Below, in pieces: positions 22,590 through 37,195 of a stretch of 64,000 nucleotides of DNA. Below the pieces are notes generated by a model. That model saw nothing but the letters and a program-made list of their open reading frames with translations. It ran no database searches and had not been told where the DNA came from. Source of the DNA: Phaeosaccion multiseriatum (lineage: Eukaryota; Protista; Ochrophyta, other classes); assembly GCA_965112735.1 (NCBI GenBank), contig OZ218950.1, positions 992,001 to 1,056,000 on the forward strand. Reading direction: 5' to 3'. Made by a program: the position numbers and the translations under genes. Within the stretch, counting starts at the first letter, position 1. Each line of letters opens with the position of its first letter.

Positions 22590-23528
22590 TGGGCATACCC
22601 CAATCCTGGCATCCCCTTACCTTGGTCCAGCCCAGGAGGTAGGAGCGTATGGCCCTTTGCTGGGGGGTGCTGCTCTTTGCAAAGACAAGAGCGATCATCT
22701 CTTGAAGGTCAATGTCGCCCGAGTTATCGAGATCAAGAGTGCCGAACTTAATGTGTCCGAACATCTTGCCGTGTTTGGAGTGCTGTGCCACTCGGGAGAA
22801 CTCCTTTTGTTGTGAGTATCAGGGAGAAGGGAGGGAGGGAGGGAGGGAGGGAGGGAGGGCATGTCAGTCATCAGCTCATCATCCTTCCCCCCCCGCCTTG
22901 CGCGTCCGTCCATGCGTGTGTGTGTGTGCGTGCGTGTGTGCGTGCGTGCGTGCTTGTATACGTGTGTGTCTGCATGTATGCGTGTGCGTGCGTGCGTCTG
23001 CCCCATACCTTGTAAGTGATCTCTCCATCTCCGTCGCAGTCCATGTCCATAAACACGAGTCCCAGTGCCTCCACCTGTGAGTGAGTGAGTGAATCACCAA
23101 CATGCGAAGAGGCAAGGAAGAAGATCGGGCAAAGAGAATATGAGAGAGAGAGCGGGTCTACGCTTGCCACGCAGCGGGGTCAATCGAAAGTGCCCGACCG
23201 AATGGCGATGATGAGAGTCACAGATGGTCCGGCTACCACAGGAAGGACCAACTCGCCAAGCGTAGTTCACGACATTCACCAATGTGTGGGGCTTGTCTCG
23301 GCCTTACGTACCTCCTTGATGGAGGCTCCTCCCATCTGCTTGCTGAGCTCAGCCAATGAGTCCACCGTTACCTCCGGCCCCTTCTTCCTGCCCTGCTGCG
23401 ACTGCTGCTTTATGAGGGAAGGAGAGGGGAAGAGAGAGAAGGGACGGTGGTAGGAGGTTAAGCATCTCTCTCTTTCTCTCGTTCTTTCTCTTCCTCTCTC
23501 TCTCTTAATCCCGTTCTTTCTCTTTCGT

Positions 23529-23560
<32 letters not shown>

Positions 23561-23697
23561 GTCACTTCTTGAACAGCGACTCTTTCTTGTGAAACCGACC
23601 CTCACCTCTTTTGGCCTTTGCTTGCCCGCTGCTTGTGCGCGATGCCTCTGATATTTCTCCTGTATCACACACACACACACACAAACAAACAAACAAG

Positions 23698-23751
<54 letters not shown>

Positions 23752-26700
23752 CGCACACAATGGGATAGAGGGACACGTCATGCACGTACGCACACGCACT
23801 CGAAACGGACAGCGGCAAGAAGCAAAAGTACAGCACGCTCGATGGATGGATGACGTGTCAACGCCTGCCCATATGCCCGCCCAGAGAAGCCTACCTACCC
23901 ATATACCTGCCCGTATGCCTACCCATGTGCCCTGCCCCCACACGCCTGCCCCATATGCCTACCCATGCATACGCCTGCCCCATATGCCTACCCATGCATA
24001 CGCCCACCCATGTCTTTGCCCACACACGCGCGCCCCCTACACTTACCCGTTCCCGCCACTTGCCACTCCGCCTGTAGGCCGCTTCGCTCATCTCCTCCAG
24101 CAGGGCTTTCTCCGTGCTGATGGCTTCGTCGAACCTCGCCTAGCAGTGAGAGACCAGGGGAGGAAAGTACAGCAGTTGGTGATACGGAGATAGGGTAGTG
24201 AGAGCAGATTACAAGAGATTTCAGGGTGTGACACAGTCAGGGGCGAAGCGAAAGGCAACAACACAAGGTGAGGTGCACGCGTGGGTCAAGGAGAAGCGCT
24301 GCCAGGAGCGAGTGAGCCAACTAATAGCAAATATTAAGTCAAATTGTAAGTCAACAGAAAGCAGGGCAACTTCTGCCAACAAAACAGGTAGATACACAGT
24401 AGATGAGAACAAACCTGTACGGCAAGCCACTTGTCCTTAAGCCGGCGGTGCTCTTCTGCCGATGATGCCTCTTCTGCTACGGCTGCTGTTGCTGCTGCTG
24501 TTCCTGCTCCTGCTGTCTCTTGTTGCCCCTGTTGCTGGAAGGGGAGGCGGGGGGGGGACAGAGGGAGGAAGGGGAGGGGGGAGGGAGGGGGGGGAGTAGA
24601 GGAAGTGTGCCGGTCAATCAGTCAGTCAGTCAGTCAGTCAGCAAAGGAAGGAAGGAAGGAAGGAAGGAAGGAAGGAAGGAAGGAAGGAAGGAAGGAAGGA
24701 AGGAAGGAAGGAAGGAAGGAAGGAAGGAAGGAAGGAAGGAAGGAAGGAAGGAAGGCCACGGAATACCCAGGGAAGAGACAGAGAGGAGGATGTCGACCAT
24801 AGTGAGAGACACTTCGAACCCAACGGAGTGGGGCCCGCCCTGCTGTTTGGGTGAGGGGTGTGTGGGGAGGACTGGGGGAGGAAGAAGAAGGGAGCCCCCC
24901 CACAAAAACCCTTTGAAAGCTAATTCCGAACTGAAACTCATATGGACGGCAGCACTGGCACTCACACGAAGGCCACTCTCCGACTGTGGCTGCGACTGAG
25001 GCACCGGACGGAGGAGAGGGACATTCTTCCTCCCCCTCTTCTTTGAAGGAAGGTGGTGGTGGTGCTGCTGTATCACCAACTGCTGCTGCAGCGGGAGCGG
25101 TGGGTGGTGCACCGCTTGGTGCGCGTGTTCCTCATCCGTCATGGACAGTGTCATAGACGTTGTGCCATTGGTGTCAGCACTAGCACCAACACCGGCACCA
25201 CCAACACTAGCATTGCTCGTCCCTAGAGTGCTGATAGTCGTTGTCGCCGTTGTCCACACAGACGCCCCTCCCCCAGCCCCAGCCCCAGCAGTTGGTGATA
25301 CACCAGCCCCAGCATCAGTCGTGGCACTAGCCCCTCCTTTGACGAGTGGGGACAGCCCTCCTCCGCCGGACCTTTGCTGTATCACCAACTGCTGTTGCTG
25401 CCGCTCCTCCTGTCTCTTGTCTCGGTGGTGCTGATAGCCCCTCTTGGCTCGATGCAGGCGTTGGGCTCGCCTGCTTCGTGCGTTTCTGTTGGGTGAGATC
25501 GGAACGGGATGTGCAGGCAGAGGAATGGGGACCCCCCCGAGGCAAGGCGGGTGGCAGTGGATGGCAGTGGATGGCAGTGGATGATAGGGGAATGGCAGTG
25601 GATGATAGGGGGATGGCAGTGGATGGCAGTGGATGGCAGTGGATGGCAGTGGATGGCAGTGGATGGCAGTGGATGGAGCGGATGGCAGTGGATGGCAGTG
25701 GATGGCAGTGGATGGCAGTGGATGGCAGTGGATGGCAGCGGATGGCAGCGGATGGCAGCGGATGACAAGGGAAAGTATTAGCTTCAGTTTCTTTCTAAAT
25801 TCAGTCCTCACCCTCACCCTCACCCTCACCCTCACCCCCACCCTCATCCTCACCCTCGTCCTCACCTGGCCAAGGAGGGTAGCTTTTGACGGAGGAAGGT
25901 GCTAAGGGGAGTAAGATCAGCGATGTCTTGGTCACGCTTCTGCACACTTGCGGACACTCCGCCACACCCCGGTAGGGCTGCTGCTTGGCACCAAACGGGA
26001 GGGAGGGAGGGAGCAAGGGAGGAAGGGGGGTTTAAGGGGGATTGTAGTACGCACGGGATGGGTCGATGCACTCTCTCTCTTTCTCTCTCTCGCTGCCCCT
26101 CCCCCTCTCTGTCTCTCTCTCCTCTGTCCCTCTCTCTCTCTCTCTCTCTCGCACCTCTCCTGAGGCGCTCCTTTTCCATGGAGGAGTACATGACCGCTCC
26201 TCGAGTGTTGTGATAAGCCTCCAGCGGCTTGTCGGGCTCCACAGGTGGATGCTCCGATGGCGGCGGGGGCGGCTGTTGGGGCCTTCCGTACAGATCCATG
26301 TTGCTCCCCACAGAGGCTGTGAATGGTACGACGAGGTGGGTGGGTGGGTGCGTGGGTTAGCAGTTGGTGATACGGCAGTTGGTGGTACAGCAGTTTTTTG
26401 TTATCTGTGACTCACCTGAGGCGGACAGCGAGCCCGTCTCGGACCCGTCGAGGCTGAGGGAGGTGATGAAGGTATTGTCGCCGAGGGAAGTGTCGCTTCG
26501 AGAGCTGTGAAACAGGCCCAGAGACTCATCCTGCTGTATCAGCAACTCCTTCCCCTCCTGCTGCCGCTGCTGCTGCTGCTGCTGCTGCTGCTGCAGCTGC
26601 TGCTCTGCCGCGTGTGCACGTGACGGGCTGACGCTGGCGGACCCCGACAGCACGACCTTACGCTCCTCCCTCTCCACCTCCTCCACCACTTGGCGGGAGA

Positions 26701-27070
26701 AGATCTGTCAGTGGCGCCGTGTGTGCAAGCGGGCGTGGATGTGGGTGCGTGCGTGTACAGTGGACGGCAGAGGGGCGGCCAAGCCAAGCCCAAGCCAGCC
26801 CGGCGGGGGGGGGGTGGAGAGAGAAGTGCTGAGTGTCAGGACATGCGCAGAAATGCCCATTGCGCTCCTTGGCCACCGCCACGGTGCTGTACCACCAACT
26901 GCTGTACGATACCACCGACTGCTGTATCACCAACCGCTGTAGCACTCACCTCGAAGTGTCGCAGCTCGGCTCGGCTGCGGAGACCCTTCGCGCTGAGGTC
27001 CTGTGGAGAGGAGGAGGAGAGGAATGAAGTGGCAGAAAGGAAGGGGGGGGTTGAGAGAGAAGAGAGAGAC

Positions 27071-27102
<32 letters not shown>

Positions 27103-30100
27103 CGAGAGAGAGATACAGAGAGACAGACAGACAGACAGATAGACAGAGAGACAGACAGAGAGACAGACCGAATACCCCATACCCCCCCACGCTGTATTAC
27201 CCCCGTACACTACATCCTGACATTACGTAATGCTTAGGTCGATTCCCGTAAGTCAACATATTGCCCTGCACCGCACCGCGCCATACCGTATCTATCGTAC
27301 CGTACCGTACCGTACCTGGCACATCCATACGTCTGCTCTGTCGCTGCGCTGGCTCTCTGTGTCGTGCAGGTTGAGGTCTCCGAGTTGAGATCCAGGCTCG
27401 TAGTGGCGGGCACCCACCTGGGGAGAGCGAGGAGGGGGGGCGATTTCTCAATTTTTTTAATGTGGGATGGGTCGATTTTTGGAGATGCAGTTGGATAGCA
27501 GACAGTGAGCAAATAGAAGAGCGATTATAGAGACTAGGAGTTGTAGTCGTCTTAAGGAGGAGGGGGCAAGAGGGGGGGGGGGGGGTGAGAGAGATCGTTT
27601 CTACGGTGGAACTTTCTGGGGAACAGTCTTTTTCTCAAGTGTCGATCTATCTGTCCATGCTGACCCCTTTGTCACCCAACCCTTTGTCCCTCACCCCTCA
27701 CCCCTCCCTCCCTACCTCCCTCCATCCCTCCCTCCCTCCATCCCTCCCTCCCTCCCTCCCTCTCTTCCTCCCTCCCTCCCTCCCTCCCTCCCTCCCTCCC
27801 AACTAACCTTCATATGAGACAACGCCCACAGCCGCAGACTGCCATCGCTGCTCGATGTAACCGCCATATTCGTATCGCTGAGACACGTCATGGATATCAC
27901 AGGCAGGCCCTGATGGGCTACCCAGCTCAGCGATGGCAACAGACGGAGGACGCACGGCGAGACCACTACTCGCCCCTTGCCGCCCCTTCCCTCCTTCTCA
28001 CCTCCTCCTCCTCCTCCTCCTCCTCCTCCTCCTCCTCCTCCTCCTCCTCCTCCTCCTCCTCCTCCTCCTCCTCCTCCTCCTCCTCCTCCTCCTCCTGCTC
28101 CCCCTCCTCCTCCTCCTCCTCCTCCTCCTCCTCCTCCTCCTCCTCCTCCTCCTCCTCCTCCTCCTCCTCCTCCTCCTCCTCCTCCTCCTCCTCCTCCTCC
28201 CCCTCCTTCTTTCCTCCCTTCGGCTCCTCCTCCTCGTCCCCGTTCTCTTCCTTCTCCCTCTCCCCCGCTGGCCATTGCACTGGTAGAGCCGTTGCCCTCT
28301 CGGACCCCAGCCTCCCGACGTCCCCCGTGATCTCCCCGACTCGGAATCCCTCCTCCTCCTACGCCTCCTTCCGTCTGCTGCCGTCTTCCACCCTTTTCCT
28401 CTGACGCTTTCACTCTCGCGCCCCTCACCGCCCCCTCTGCGCTCATCCCTTCCCCTCCTTGTTCCCCTCCTTCTTCCCCACCTTCTTCCCCTCCTTCGTC
28501 CCCTCCTTCTCCCTCTCCTTCTTGCCCTCCTTCTTGCCCTCCATCGGCATCTTCTACTCCTCTTCCTCTTCTTGTGCCCCCCCCCCTGCTTTGCTTCTCC
28601 AGTGGCTCCTCTTTGCCTGTGAGCCCCTTCCCCTTCTTCTCCTCCTTCTCCTCCTTCTCACACTCCCCCTCCTCCTTCTCCTCCTCTTCCCCCCCCTTAA
28701 TCTTCCCCTCGTTCTTCTCTTGGCCTTTCTCCTCCATCCTTTTCCCCTCCTCCTCCTCCTCCGTCTTCTCACCCCCCTCCATCTCCCCCTCGTCCTTCTC
28801 CTCGTTCTCCACCTCCACCCCCACGTTCTCCTCCGCCACCCCCTTCTTCCCATCCACCTCAGCGCTGGTCGTGTCTTCACCGCCGCCACGAAGCGATACC
28901 ACACTTCGTCCACTCTCACCTCCGCTCTCCCTCTTTGTACATAGGGACACCCCCACCTTCTCCTTGACTCCCTCCTCCTTCTGCTCCCTCTGCTCCTGTC
29001 CTTCCCTCTGCTGTCTTCCTTTATGGTCACCACCACCACCACCGCCACCGCTATCGTCGCCCTCCAGACTATCTCCTCCTCCTCCGCCCCCCCCTGCTCC
29101 TCCTCTCCCTCCTCTTCCTCCTCCTTCTCCTCCTCCTTCTCCTCCTCCTCCTCCTCCTCCTCCCTCCCCTGGTGTCTGTTGTCGTTGCTCATGCCCTAAG
29201 CACATTCTAGAGACACACCACTTCCCCGTGGCTGCGGCAGGGGCATCTGCATGCACCATTTGGCGCTTCTTGAAGGCTCTCTGCAGGCAGCACCAGTGAG
29301 CTGAGAGGGAGGGAGGGAGGGAGGGAGGGAGGGAGGGAGGGAGGGAGGAAGGGAGGGAGGGAGGAAGGAAGGGAGGCAGGATGAAAGGCAGTCGAAAGAA
29401 GGAATAGAGCTGTTAGTCTCGGGCATGAAGCCTGGTAAACAGCCCTTCTGGCGAGCGAGTAGAGAAGACGGGTTCAGCTAGACTGAGAAAGAGAGAAGAA
29501 TCATGGCTTGGTACCGCATTACAATGCAACCCGCCTCTGTCCCTAACCCTCCTTCCTTCCCCTCCCTCCTTCCTTCTCCTCCCTCCTCCTCGTCCTCCCT
29601 CCCTCCCTCCCTCCCTCCCTCCTTTCCTCCCCCTCACCTTCGAAGGAGTCAAAGATGGTGGCGAGTCTCCATCTGCACACAGTCCCCCCAAAGTCCGCGG
29701 CGTAGACACTGAGCTTATGTCTCGCCGCCGTCCTTCGATACGGAGCAGAGGAGTGATGGGGAAGACGTGCGATATCTCGCATCCGAGATTCAATGTCGAT
29801 GCCGCCGGTCGCTGCGGTGAGGAGGTAGTGGGGCCTGTTGGTTCTTCGCGGCGGCTTTCCGTCATGGCCATCTGGGTCTTCGTGGTCATCATCGTCGTCG
29901 TCCTCCTCCTCTCCCCCCTCTTCTTCTCCCCCCGCTCCGCGCCCTCGCCGCTCCCGCCGAGCCTCCTCCTCGGCCGCTTCCTTCTCCTCCTCCTCCCGCT
30001 CATGGCGCTGTTGTTGGCGTTCGAGCTGCTCCTTCTCTTGCCGTTGTCGCGCACGATGCCTTCGCTGCAGTCTTCGCTGCTGCTCTTGCTCTGTCTCTTG

Positions 30101-30803
30101 CTGCACATCACCATCATCCGCATCATCATGCTGTACATGATCCTCTGCTGCTGCGGATCTGCTAGAGCTGGTGCTGACGCTGCTACTGCTGCTGGCACTA
30201 CTACTGCTACTACTGCAACTGCTCCTGCTGCTACTACTACTGCTACTACTGTCACTATCGCTACTACTGCTACTCCCCTCCTCACTCTCAATGTCGATGT
30301 CGAGATGAATGTCGAGGTCGACATCGTCGGGGTCCTCTTGACTGTCATCCAGTGCCTTCTTGATGGCCGTCCTCTGTGTTGGGCCCTTGAGCATGGGCCA
30401 AGACGGTATCACCGCATTATCCTTGCTTCCCTCCTCCAATGCCCTCCTCACCAAGTCGGCCAAAGCCCTGTGTGGTTGCTTCTTGTCGTTGCTGCTGCTC
30501 TGCTTGCTCTCCGATGCCTTCTTCCTGCGCCTGCTCACACTCGTCTTCCTCTTCCCCTTCTTCACCCTCTCTTTCTCCCTCTGCTTCTCCTTCTCATCTT
30601 CCTGCTCCCCTCCCATACTCTTCTCCTTCTCCTTCTCTTTCTTCTCCTTCTCCTCCTTGTGGGTCCCTTTCTCAGCTCCTCCTCCTCCTCTGCTCCCCAG
30701 AGACGCTCCATCGCCTGCTGCTCCTGTATCACCAGCTTCAGTACTTCCACCCTCCTGCATGCGCAAGAGGGGTTCTTCCTTGTGGCGATGATGGTGGTGG
30801 CGA

Positions 30804-30837
<34 letters not shown>

Positions 30838-33800
30838 GGTGGTGGTGGTGGTGGTGGTGATGATGCTTCTTTCTCTGCCGCTGCAGCCTCAAATGCATAA
30901 CCGAGAGCAGCGGCGGGGCAGGAGGAGCCGTCCCAAGCTGAAGCACGAGGGTGAAGAGCATGGTGCCCCTGAGGAGGAGGAGGAGGAGGAGGACGAGTTA
31001 AACTGAAACTGAACCTGAAATTGAAATTGAAACTGAGACTGAAACTGAGATGAGACTCACACACAATCACCCACCCACACATACACACAGACATACGTAA
31101 AGCATACGTAAGGCATACGTAACATGGCGCATAGCAGATGGAAGTGCACTCGTACCTGTCTCCCTGCCGTCCTGTCCCTCCGTCCCTTGCCAGCGACGAT
31201 CCCATCCTGACACCAGTGCTCACGGCTTCCTCCGCCGCCACCGAGGCATACGACAGAGCCCATACATTGACCATGCCCGCGGTGTCCGAGGCGATGAGGA
31301 GGGGCGACGACGGCACCCACAGCATCGAGGTGATCTCCCCCAAGTGGCCCCCTGTAATGCCTCCGTCGTAGTGTAGTGTCCTGCTGTGCCACACCCGCAG
31401 GTCGTTGCTGCTGGCGGTGGCCATGAGGGAAAGTTCCGTGGTGATCTCCATGGCACCAATCCCCCCGGGGCTACCCCCGTCCCCGTGGGCGGATTCCAAC
31501 ACGCGCACTTGACTAAAGGTGTTGGTATACATGTCATGGCGAGAGAACACCACCCTTCCATCAGCCCCTGCAGACACCAGATGACCTTGGCCATCAATGT
31601 AACGTAAAACCGTTACGTGCCCCAAATGCACCCCCCTTGCCTCTGCCAACACAGACCCCGTCACCACGTTTCGCACCGTGATGGCCCCGTTGGCCGAGCC
31701 CACGAAAAGCCTCTTTTGGGTGGGAGAGTCCGTGGCCATGGCTGTTATCGTCGAGTTATGCTCGACTTCCAACACCGGGTCGCTATACTGAACGTTCCAA
31801 TAGAGTAGAGCTTGCCCCGCCGCCGCCAGCATGTTCTTGGACTTGTCGTCGTAGAGTACCATTTGTGCGGGCGCGTGCGCTTTAAATATGTGCCGAGCCC
31901 TTACGTAAGTGGTGGTGGCTTGCCCCCGCACCAGCAAGTCGGGCCATACCTCTGACACACTCTGTCCGTAACGGTCGCTATCCTCCTTTCTGTCGCCGTT
32001 GTTTCTCTTCTTGTGCCCTCTTCCCCCTCCTCCTCCTCCTCCTCCTCCTCCTCCTCCTCCTCCTCCTCCTCCTCCTCCTCCTCCTCCTCCTCCTCCTCCT
32101 CCTCCTCCTCCTCCTCCTCCTCCTCCTCCTCCTCCTCCTCCTCCTCCTCCTCCTCCTCCTCCTCCTCCTCCTCCTCCTCCTCCTCCTCCTCTCATACCAC
32201 GACGACCTTTTTGCCTCCACAGCACCCCAAAACCAAGAATGTCTCCAATGCCAGGCTCCCACTGCGTCACATCGAAGCGTTGCAGAATATCCGCACTATC
32301 ACTGTTGCTCTGGGAGATGTCGTATATGTGAAACACGCCGCCTCTGTCGCCGGTAATGGCCCGCACCTGAGCCCCTCTGCGATTGTCCAAGAAAGACATG
32401 ATGTGTATGTCAACAATCGCGCTGGTGTGACCTAGAAGAGAGCACCAGCGGCCTTGTGTGGTGACACAAATCACAGATGCCTCCACCTCGTGTGATAACA
32501 ACGCGAGAAGGTTGTTGTGGACGGCCATGGTACGGACGGGGACCTTCCATGTGAACTCTCCTGCTCGTTCGAAGGTTTCCGCGTCCCAGAGCTTCACCAC
32601 TCTGTCCCAGCTGAGGGGGCAGGGAGGGGAGGGCAGGAGGGAGCGAGGGGAGGGCAGGAGGGAGCGAGGGGAGGGAGGGGAGGGGAGGGAGGGGAGGGAG
32701 GGGAGGGAGGGGAGGGAGGGGAGGGACGGGAGGGAGGGGAGGGAGGGGTGGGAGGGGTGGGATGCGGAAGAGAGGGTAGGAGGGGGGGTAAGAGGGAAAA
32801 AGGGGAAGATGGAGGCTCGGAGCGGAGGTGAGACAGGGAGGCGGCGGTGACCAGGTGAGGGAGGGAGGGAGGGAGGGGTAGAGGGAGAGAGATGTAGAAG
32901 TGGGAAGGGTTCTCCCTCCTCTCCACAATGATGACCAATGATGACCCATCATCACCTGCTGGAAGCAAGCTGGCGGTGCTGCGGCAAGTATACGATGTCC
33001 GTTATGAGCTCTCGGTGGGCCTTCTTGATGGTGGACATGCGCACCTGTCACAAGTCAACAAGCCGCAGTAGGTCAACAAGTCATCCGTCACCATAGCGTC
33101 GATAAGGTAAGGATCAGCAGTTTGTGCATCCATCAGTCAGTCAACAATCAGTACGTCACAACAACCCCCCTTCCCACACACACACACGATTTACATGATT
33201 CTTAGAATGACCCCCATGAATGAAAAAGTCACTGAAGGACCCCCTGCCCGGGGGGGCAGAGACACTTGCACATACACGCACACGCACATGCACATGCACG
33301 CACACACCCACACCCACCCACACACCCACACACACATACACACAATTTCAGTGTCTTAGGTGACTCCTATAAGTCAACAAAGTGTTACCCTTCCCCCGCT
33401 GCTCCCTGACCTGTTTATCCAGGTCCCAGGCACTGAGATGGCCATCCATCCCCGCCGTAATGAGGTAACCGTCCTCGCCGTGAGGAATCCATCTCACCAC
33501 ATGCTGAGTGCAGCGGGCAGAGAAGCCAAAGGCCCAGCTGCACGTGTCGCTGGCAGGGTTGTAACGCCAAACGGAGATGCTGTAGTCGCTGCACGTCATT
33601 ACCACGAGCCCTTTGGGAGGGACGTATTCGAGGGCCATGGCACAGTAGAAGCTGTCCTGTGGGTGGGGGTATATGGGCACAGCAGCGCATAGGCATTACA
33701 TAAGCATTACGTGATTAGTTTGTTTATTCGAGAGGCATGGCACAGTAGAAGCTGTCCTGTGGGTGGGGGTATATGGGCACAGTAGCACATAAGCATTACA

Positions 33801-36205
33801 TAAGCATTGCGTGATTAGTGTGTAATCGAGGGGCAGAAGAAGTCTTGTGGGGGCATACGTGGTCACAGCGGATAAGCATTACAGAAATATTACACAAGCA
33901 TTACGTGATGTACATGAAGTAAGGATGTGACGTGAGTACATCGGGCTATGGCACACTACGAGTTGTTCTGTGGGGCCGTCATCACAACACGCATGCACAC
34001 ACATACAAACACACGTACACACCCACACAGCGGAGACACACAGGCGCGGACTACACACACATGTACACACACATACATATGCACATACACGCATACGTAT
34101 ACACACACACATCCAGCACCCACGCGCACACACACATACATATATACACATGTTGCAAAGCACATACGTAAGTATTGCATGCCGTAGCCTTTTCTTGAGA
34201 TTACTGATACTTACGGTGTTGGTGGAGGGGCAAGCACTGAGGGTGGGGAACGTCATCATGAGGGCAGGGTGGAGGATCTGCACGTCATGACCAGTGTCTC
34301 TGTCGACAAGCCTGGGGGCCAAGAATACGAGGGGAGGGAGGGAGGGGTAGAGGGAGGGAGGGAGCGAGGGAGGAAGGGAGGGGTAGAGGGAGGGAGTCAG
34401 GAGACATAGAGAGAGACAGAGAGCCGTAGTGAGTGAGCAAGTGAGTGAATGAGGGGAAGGGTAGGCCCAACCATCCTTGCCCTCCCGTCCTTGCTTGCCG
34501 GACCATACCTTGCCAGCGGACTCTGGGCCTCGAGCACTATCAAACGACTCATCTCCGATGTGCACAAGATGGCTGAGAGCCTCCGTGCATGGATGGCAAA
34601 CTTGCTTTTATGCGTCTCTCCCTGATAGCGAAGCGCCTGGTCAGCCCAACACAAGTGCTGCTGCACTGTGGTGTTCTGATGCATGCCGGCCTCTACCCAA
34701 AATGACGTGAATTGCTCCAGCGGCATGTGCTCTCCTCCTCCGTCGCCATCGCCGCCACCAACGTCGGAGGAAGAGGACGAGGAGGAGGATGCCCCTTCCC
34801 CTCCTCCCGTGGGGTCTTTCTCGCAGATTTGGTCCCACAAGTCCACCAATAAGCTTGTGCGTGTAATATGTCAATAGGTGGGTGGGTGGATGAATGTGTG
34901 TGTGTGGGGGGGGGTGGGTGGGTGGGTGGATGTTTGTTTATGTGTGTGCGGGTAGATGATTGTGCGTGCGTGTGTGTGTGTGTGTGCGTGTGTGTGTGTG
35001 TGCGTGTATGAGTATGGAGAGTGACGGTCAACGAGGTGAGACGGTGGGAAAGGAGAGAAGAGACCTTTAACATGATACGATACTATCGATTGTTAACCAC
35101 TAACATCGTAACATCATAACATCGATTGTTGACCATTAATATCATAACATCGAAAGCGAACGACAAGTACACGCCTCTCACTCCACTGCCGACTGCACCC
35201 ACCCACCCACCCACCCATCCACTCATAGAGACCATTCCCTTGGGATGAGCACCGGACAACAAAGGAAGTCAAACTCACCTTCATCTTACTACAAACCAAC
35301 AACAACAACAACCTACCCTTCCTATCCACAGCAAAGAAATACCCAACCAGAGCCTAACCCCTAACATCCCCAACAAACCCAAACTCAAAACTTACTGAGC
35401 CTAACAAACCCAAACTCAAAACTTACTGAGCCTAAAACCCCAAACGAACTCACCTCATAAGCTGCACCCTCTGATGCTTGGGCCTGAGCGCCGCATGACT
35501 CCCAAATATCATCTTGAGCATCGTTCGCAGGAAGTGCTGTTTGGAAATGCCGGAGCTCCGTCCTCCTCGCCGCCCTCCCTTGCCGTGATGGAGGGCAGAG
35601 GGGTTGTGTGTGTGATGGGCGTTACGCAATACGCTGTGAATGGAGCTTAGTTGCTTCGTCTCGTCATCGTCTGCTTCCCCCCCCCCTCCTCCTCCTCCTC
35701 CTCCTCCTCCTCCTCCCCCACCACCACCACCACCACCACCACCCCCTCCTCCTCCTTCTCCACCTTCTCCGCCTTCTCCTTCTCCTCCTCCTCCTCCTCC
35801 TCCTCCTCCTCCTCCTCCTCCTCCTCCTCCTCCTCCTCCTCCTCCTACCCTCCCCAGAGTTGGCGGCCCGAGAGGGAGTCCGCCCCCCCCCCTCCCTCCA
35901 ACTTGACCCAAGTTATGCAGAGCTCCTGGCTCCAGCGTTTGCCTCATCGTATCGGAGAAGGCGGGCAGGTGATGCATCGTCTCCGCGAATGCGTCCACCT
36001 CCTCTACATCCACGTCGTCGCCAGCACCAGCAGTGTCCCCACTGGCGACGCCATTCACGTCCAGCGCAGTTGCCATCTGTGTCTGCGTCACCTTCCTGTC
36101 CAGTGACGTTCCACTTCTCCTCAACTCGCCGGAGTCCATGGCTGATGGCTGGGCTGCAGTCAGCAAGTCCACCCCCCCGTGCTCCTCACCACCACCACCA
36201 CCACC

Positions 36206-36239
<34 letters not shown>

Positions 36240-37149
36240 TCATCATTATCCTGGTCAGTATCGCCATCTCTAGCACCACCAGCGTCTGCCGCCTCCAGGC
36301 CTTCCTGTTGCTCCCAGAGAGCTTTCCCGAGCTCCTCAGCTGCGTTTCCGGGCAAAATCTGAACAATGTCGAACACCTGGAAGGTTGGAAGGTTGGTGGG
36401 TAGGTAAGTAGGTAGGTAGGAAGGAAGCAGGAAGGAAGATAGGTAGGTAGGTAGGTAGGTAGGTAGGTAGGTAGGTAGGTAGGTAGGTAGGTAGGTAGGT
36501 AGGTAGGAAGGTTGGTAGGTAGGTTGGTAGGTAGGTTGGTAGGTAGGTAGGTTGGTAGGTTGGTAGGTAGGTAGGTAGGTAGGTAGGTAGGTAGGTAGGT
36601 AGGTTGGTAGGTAGGTAGGGAGGGAGGGAGGGAGGTTGGTTGGTAGGTAGGTAGGTAGGTAGGTAGGTGGGTGGGTGGGTGTGGTGTGGTTAGGTGTGGT
36701 GTGGTTAGGTGTGGTTGGGTAGGTGGGTAGGTGGGTGCCTGTGTGGGATGTGTCTGTGTGTGTGTGTGCGTGGGCGGGTAGTGGGCCGGTCTGTTGGGTC
36801 CCAAAAAGGGGATGGCGTTGAAGGGGAGGGGCGGTAGCAGCACGCGGGCACAGCAAGCATGACGAGAACATGACCCTCAACCTGAAACGCAAACTGACCT
36901 TCCTAGTAAGGAGCTCCTGTCCGTGGAGGGTGATGTCACTTATCCACCTCTTTTGATAGAGTTGGGCCAGGACGATCATACTGTCCTTGGTGGCCAAGCC
37001 CCCGACTGCAATGGCTGCTTGGTACTCCCACCCCGCGGCTGTTGATGGCGTGGGGGTATGCGGGTGATTGTGGAGCAGAGACGAGAGAGAGAGAGAGGAG
37101 ACGGATGGAGGGAGGAGGAGGAGAGAGAGAGAGAGAGAGAGAAAGAGAA

Positions 37150-37195
<46 letters not shown>

